From: Candidatus Parcubacteria bacterium
Lineage (GTDB): Bacteria; Patescibacteriota; Microgenomatia; UBA12405
Reading direction: 5' to 3'
DNA length: 61,421 nt
Assembly: GCA_023443725.1 (NCBI GenBank)
Contig: JAEZTF010000002.1
Location: forward strand, 1 to 61,421
In this document: piece after piece, positions 58,116-61,421 of the stretch
Numbering within the stretch: position 1 is the first letter of the stretch
Layout of the letters: each line of letters starts with the position of its first letter
Position numbers and translations under genes: made by a program
The notes under the pieces: generated by a model
Told to the model about the DNA's origin: nothing
Seen by the model: only the letters and a program-made list of their open reading frames with translations
Database searches by the model: none

Positions 58116-59728
58116 AAAAGAATATTATATTAATAATAATCTTTTCAGTTAGTGTCTTGTTTAGATTTTGGAATCTAATCAAATATCCAGTCAGCCTTTC
58201 AATGGATGAAACTGCTATTGCCTACAATGCCTATTCAATTCTTAAAACTAGTACCGATGAATATGGTGAATTTCTTCCCTTAGCCTTTAAATCAACAGGG
58301 GATTACAAACCTCCAGTAAATGTTTACCTTACTGTTCCATCGATATACTTATTTGGGTTAAATGAATTTGCTACCAGATTTCCATCAGCTTTACTCGGAT
58401 CATTAACACCAATTATATTAGTGCTTTTATTAATAAAATTAAAAATAAAGCCTACCGCTGCTTATCTAACTGGTATTTGGTTAGCTATTTTACCTTGGCA
58501 TATCCATTTTTCCCGCGCTAGTTTTGAAGCAATTACTGCCTTATTTTTTTTAGTTTTTGGTACATACATGTTTATCAATTGGATTGAAAATCAAAAAACT
58601 TGGAAAATAATCATTTGGATAATATCTTTTAGTTTGTCAGTTTGGGCTTATCACGCCGAAAGACTTTTTGTTCCTTTATTTGTATTAGGATTAATAGTTT
58701 TCTATCGTCGTCAAATAAATATTCTAAAAAATAAAAAACAATTAATTATTGGATTAATTACTTTGTCTATTTTTGCCATTCCTTTTATAAAACTTACGTT
58801 TTTAACTCCAGCCATAAAAACACGAGCTGTATCCACCTCAATCATTAGAGAAACAACTCTTAGTAATTCTTTACACAATGGAATTTACAAAAACAATTTA
58901 GACTTTATTTTTAATAACGATTATTACTTAATTTTCAGACATTGGTTAGGAAAATATCTTAATTATTTTAATTTTGAATTTTTATTTTGGAATGGGCTAG
59001 AGTTAACAAAGATAGGCTATCCAAACTCAGGATTACTTTATTTAATTGATTTACCTCTTTTCTTTTTTGGTGTTTTTTCTTTAGTAAAATCTAAAGATAA
59101 ACTTATAAAAAAAATGGTTTTATTGTGGTTTTTATTGGGTCCGTTACCTGCATCTTTGACCATGAATGAGCATCATCCTCTTCGAGCTTTAGTCTGGATA
59201 CCAGCATTTGCAATAATTATTGCCAAAGGATATGAAACACTTATAGAATTAAAATCTAAATTAATTTTAATTTTTTATTTTATTATTTTATCCATTAACG
59301 TTTTTTATTTTACTGATATTTACTTTTACCAATTTCCAAAACATTTTTCTGAATATTGGCAATATGGTTTTAAAGAGATAGGTAATTATGTTTGTCAAAA
59401 TAAAGACAAATATCAAGAAATTATAATTTCTGATACTTTTGGTAGTGACGGTCCACTTAACACTGGATTACCTTATCTTTATGTTTTATTCTATTGTCAG
59501 ATGGATCCCCAAAAATTTATAAATGCTCGATCAACTAGTGATAGATTATATGTAGAAAATATATCATTTCACCGAATTACTTGGAGAGTAGACTCAACCA
59601 AACCAAATACTCTTTTAATTGCTTCTCCATGGGATTTTTTGGATGCCAAAATACCAGAGGATCAAATTATTAAAAAAATAAATTTTTTAAACAATAAACC
59701 AGCTTTTTGGTTTGTAAAGACTAATTAA
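58112..59728 (+). CDS. GT39/ArnT-like membrane glycosyltransferase, subfamily A paralog 5
   Basis: SMDETAIAYNAYSILKTSTDEYG..STGDYKPP, with DE at 58205-58210. WQYGFKEIGNYV. Confidence 0.7.
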   Translation: MKKNIILIIIFSVSVLFRFWNLIKYPVSLSMDETAIAYNAYSILKTSTDEYGEFLPLAFKSTGDYKPPVNVYLTVPSIYLFGLNEFATRFPSALLGSLTPIILVLLLIKLKIKPTAAYLTGIWLAILPWHIHFSRASFEAITALFFLVFGTYMFINWIENQKTWKIIIWIISFSLSVWAYHAERLFVPLFVLGLIVFYRRQINILKNKKQLIIGLITLSIFAIPFIKLTFLTPAIKTRAVSTSIIRETTLSNSLHNGIYKNNLDFIFNNDYYLIFRHWLGKYLNYFNFEFLFWNGLELTKIGYPNSGLLYLIDLPLFFFGVFSLVKSKDKLIKKMVLLWFLLGPLPASLTMNEHHPLRALVWIPAFAIIIAKGYETLIELKSKLILIFYFIILSINVFYFTDIYFYQFPKHFSEYWQYGFKEIGNYVCQNKDKYQEIIISDTFGSDGPLNTGLPYLYVLFYCQMDPQKFINARSTSDRLYVENISFHRITWRVDSTKPNTLLIASPWDFLDAKIPEDQIIKKINFLNNKPAFWFVKTN

Positions 59729-61360
59729 ATGAAAATAAAAAATAAAATATTATTAGCTTTAATAGTTGTAATTGCATTTTTAATCAGAATTTATCAGGTT
59801 AATAATTACCCTTCATTGCTTTGGGATGAGGCAGCCTTAGGTTACAATGCTTATTCAATTTTAGAAACTGGTAAAGATGAATATGGTCAAATATTACCAA
59901 TTATTTTTAAATCTTTTGGTGACTATAAACCAGGATTTTATGTCTATCTTTGTCTCCCTTTTATAAAACTTTTTGGCTTAAATCAATTAACTACTAGATT
60001 ACCTTCCGTTATATTAGGTGCCTTACTACCTCTTCTAATATATTTATTAATTAAAGAAATTAGTCCAAAATCACACAAAGTTGCTCTAATAGCTGCCCTA
60101 ATAACTGCTTTTAATCCATACAATATTCACTTTAGTCGAGGTGCTTGGGAAACCAACATTCTTACTTTTGAACTTGTTTTAGCTTGTTTTTATTTTTATC
60201 GTTATCTGAATCGTCAAAAATCAAAATATTTATTACTTTCTGCCATTATTTTCGGACTTACTCTTTTCACCTATCAAGCCGGTAAAATGATTAGTTTATT
60301 TCTTATACTTATTCTTTTCATTTTAAATCTTAAATCATTAAATATAAAAAAGACTATTGTAAATTTCATCATTCCTTTAGGTATTTTTGCTTTACCCATA
60401 GCTTACGGCTTACTTTTTGGCAACAATTCTAATCGTTTAAAAGTAGTTAGTCTCTTTTCTTATCCTAGATCAGAAATCGAAACCCAAACTATCATCAATG
60501 AAACCAACAAACTAGACTATACTGTTTTTTACAGCCAACCAATATTTTTTATTAGAAATTTTCTTTCTCGTTACTTTAATCATTTTTCTCCTAGATTCCT
60601 TGCTTTTGAAGGTGACTGGCAAAATCCTCGACATTCAGCTCCATACATTGGTGTCATTCTTTATCCAAGTTTAATATTTCTAGTTATTGGGTTATTTTTT
60701 GGTTTAAGTCGAAAAAAAATAGATAATTTAAATTTATTCTTTTTTCTTTGGTTAATCGTGGCCCCTATTCCAGCTGCACTAACCAGAGATTCTATTCAGG
60801 CAGTTCGTTCTATGTCGTTATCTATTCCGCTAATATATTTTATTTCACTAGGATTATTTGCATTTTTTGAAAAATTTAAGTCTAAGTTTATTATTTTAAT
60901 AATAATTTTAGTCTATCTTTTATCTTTCAAATATTATTTTGATTTATATCTCAATCATATGGTTCAAAAGAGTCCAATTGATTATCTTTATGGATATAAG
61001 CAAGCTGTTAATTATGTTATTAAAAATCAAAATCGTTTTAATCGTATTTATATAACTGATTACTATCATCAGCCATATATTTATTATTTGTTTTATTCCC
61101 AATATCCACCTCAAAAATATCAACAACAAGCAAAATTAGAAGACGCTTCGCTTGATACTGGTAAGGTTAAAATAATCGATAATATTCAATTTGAAACCGC
61201 TCAATTCAATTTTATTAAAGATCACCCTGGAACTTTAGGAATTTTTTCTCAAGAAGAAATATATCGTCAGGGGATAGATAAAAAACCAGAATTTAATCAA
61301 TTTATTCCACTTAGTAATGTTAGTGGTATTTCCACTTTTTATGCATATGAAAATCCATAA
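59729..61360 (+). CDS. GT39/ArnT-like membrane glycosyltransferase, subfamily A paralog 6
   Basis: LWDEAALGYNAYSILETGKDEYG..SFGDYKPG, with DE at 59825-59830. YLYGYKQAVNYV. TAAATG junction. Confidence 0.7.
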   Translation: MKIKNKILLALIVVIAFLIRIYQVNNYPSLLWDEAALGYNAYSILETGKDEYGQILPIIFKSFGDYKPGFYVYLCLPFIKLFGLNQLTTRLPSVILGALLPLLIYLLIKEISPKSHKVALIAALITAFNPYNIHFSRGAWETNILTFELVLACFYFYRYLNRQKSKYLLLSAIIFGLTLFTYQAGKMISLFLILILFILNLKSLNIKKTIVNFIIPLGIFALPIAYGLLFGNNSNRLKVVSLFSYPRSEIETQTIINETNKLDYTVFYSQPIFFIRNFLSRYFNHFSPRFLAFEGDWQNPRHSAPYIGVILYPSLIFLVIGLFFGLSRKKIDNLNLFFFLWLIVAPIPAALTRDSIQAVRSMSLSIPLIYFISLGLFAFFEKFKSKFIILIIILVYLLSFKYYFDLYLNHMVQKSPIDYLYGYKQAVNYVIKNQNRFNRIYITDYYHQPYIYYLFYSQYPPQKYQQQAKLEDASLDTGKVKIIDNIQFETAQFNFIKDHPGTLGIFSQEEIYRQGIDKKPEFNQFIPLSNVSGISTFYAYENP

Positions 61361-61421
61361 AATAATTTTGCCATTAATAATTGTTATTGCTTTTTTAATT
61401 CGTTTTATTGATATTAGTAAT
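61347..61421 (+). CDS. start of a further subfamily A paralog (3' truncated by the window edge)
   Basis: The ATG at 61347 opens MKIHKIILPLIIVIAFLIRFIDISN. This has the same N-terminal pattern as the paralogs (for example MKIKNKILLALIVVIAFLIRIYQVNN) and overlaps the upstream gene by 14 nt. This ORF is not in the supplied track. Confidence 0.55.
   Translation, partial: MKIHKIILPLIIVIAFLIRFIDISN

Noticed and set aside
32251-61421. Glycosylation island as a horizontally acquired mobile island
   Set aside because: There is no integrase, transposase, flanking tRNA or direct repeat. Base composition and start-site architecture look the same as in the housekeeping half.
1-61421. CRISPR arrays, rRNA or tRNA genes, toxin-antitoxin or other defence systems
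   Set aside because: The intergenic space is tiny, with the largest gaps about 110-130 nt. I saw no regularly spaced repeats, no cloverleaf-capable sequence and no defence-type domains in any ORF.

Overview
AT-rich (about 30% GC by eye), roughly 95% coding window. I saw no rRNA, tRNA, CRISPR array, transposase or integrase. TGA is used as a stop codon and RF2 is present, so the standard bacterial code applies. The gene content is sortase plus an LPXTG-type substrate, an LCP ligase, FtsEX with an M23 partner, trimmed versions of conserved proteins, and almost no Shine-Dalgarno sites. This fits a small-genome, Gram-positive-type bacterium, most plausibly Patescibacteria/CPR; that is an inference, not shown by any marker here. 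Left half (1-31.5 kb) is housekeeping: uvrB-uvrA, uvrC, rel, sortase, greA, lysS, serS, secA, nrnA-like, HIT, typA, a cyclophilin / thioredoxin-like / C39-like extracytoplasmic set, prfB, LCP and ftsE-ftsX-M23. Right half (32.3-61.4 kb, running off the window) is a very dense glycosylation island. It holds 8 GT2 and 1 GT4 soluble or peripheral glycosyltransferases, a Wzx-type flippase and about 13 multi-pass GT-C-like membrane proteins; a 14th lies at 6548-8065. Seven of these are paralogs of one GT39/ArnT-like subfamily, six in a translationally coupled head-to-tail chain, plus two mini-proteins that match only the central membrane module of those paralogs. The observations most worth follow-up are (i) this paralog array and its mini-protein cassettes, (ii) an FtsEX-linked M23 peptidase whose catalytic motifs are in circularly permuted order, (iii) a recurrent '-10 box 4-8 nt before the start codon' geometry suggesting leaderless operon-leading mRNAs, and (iv) domain-trimmed UvrA, UvrC and Rel. 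All functional calls come from motif recognition by eye. No database search was run.
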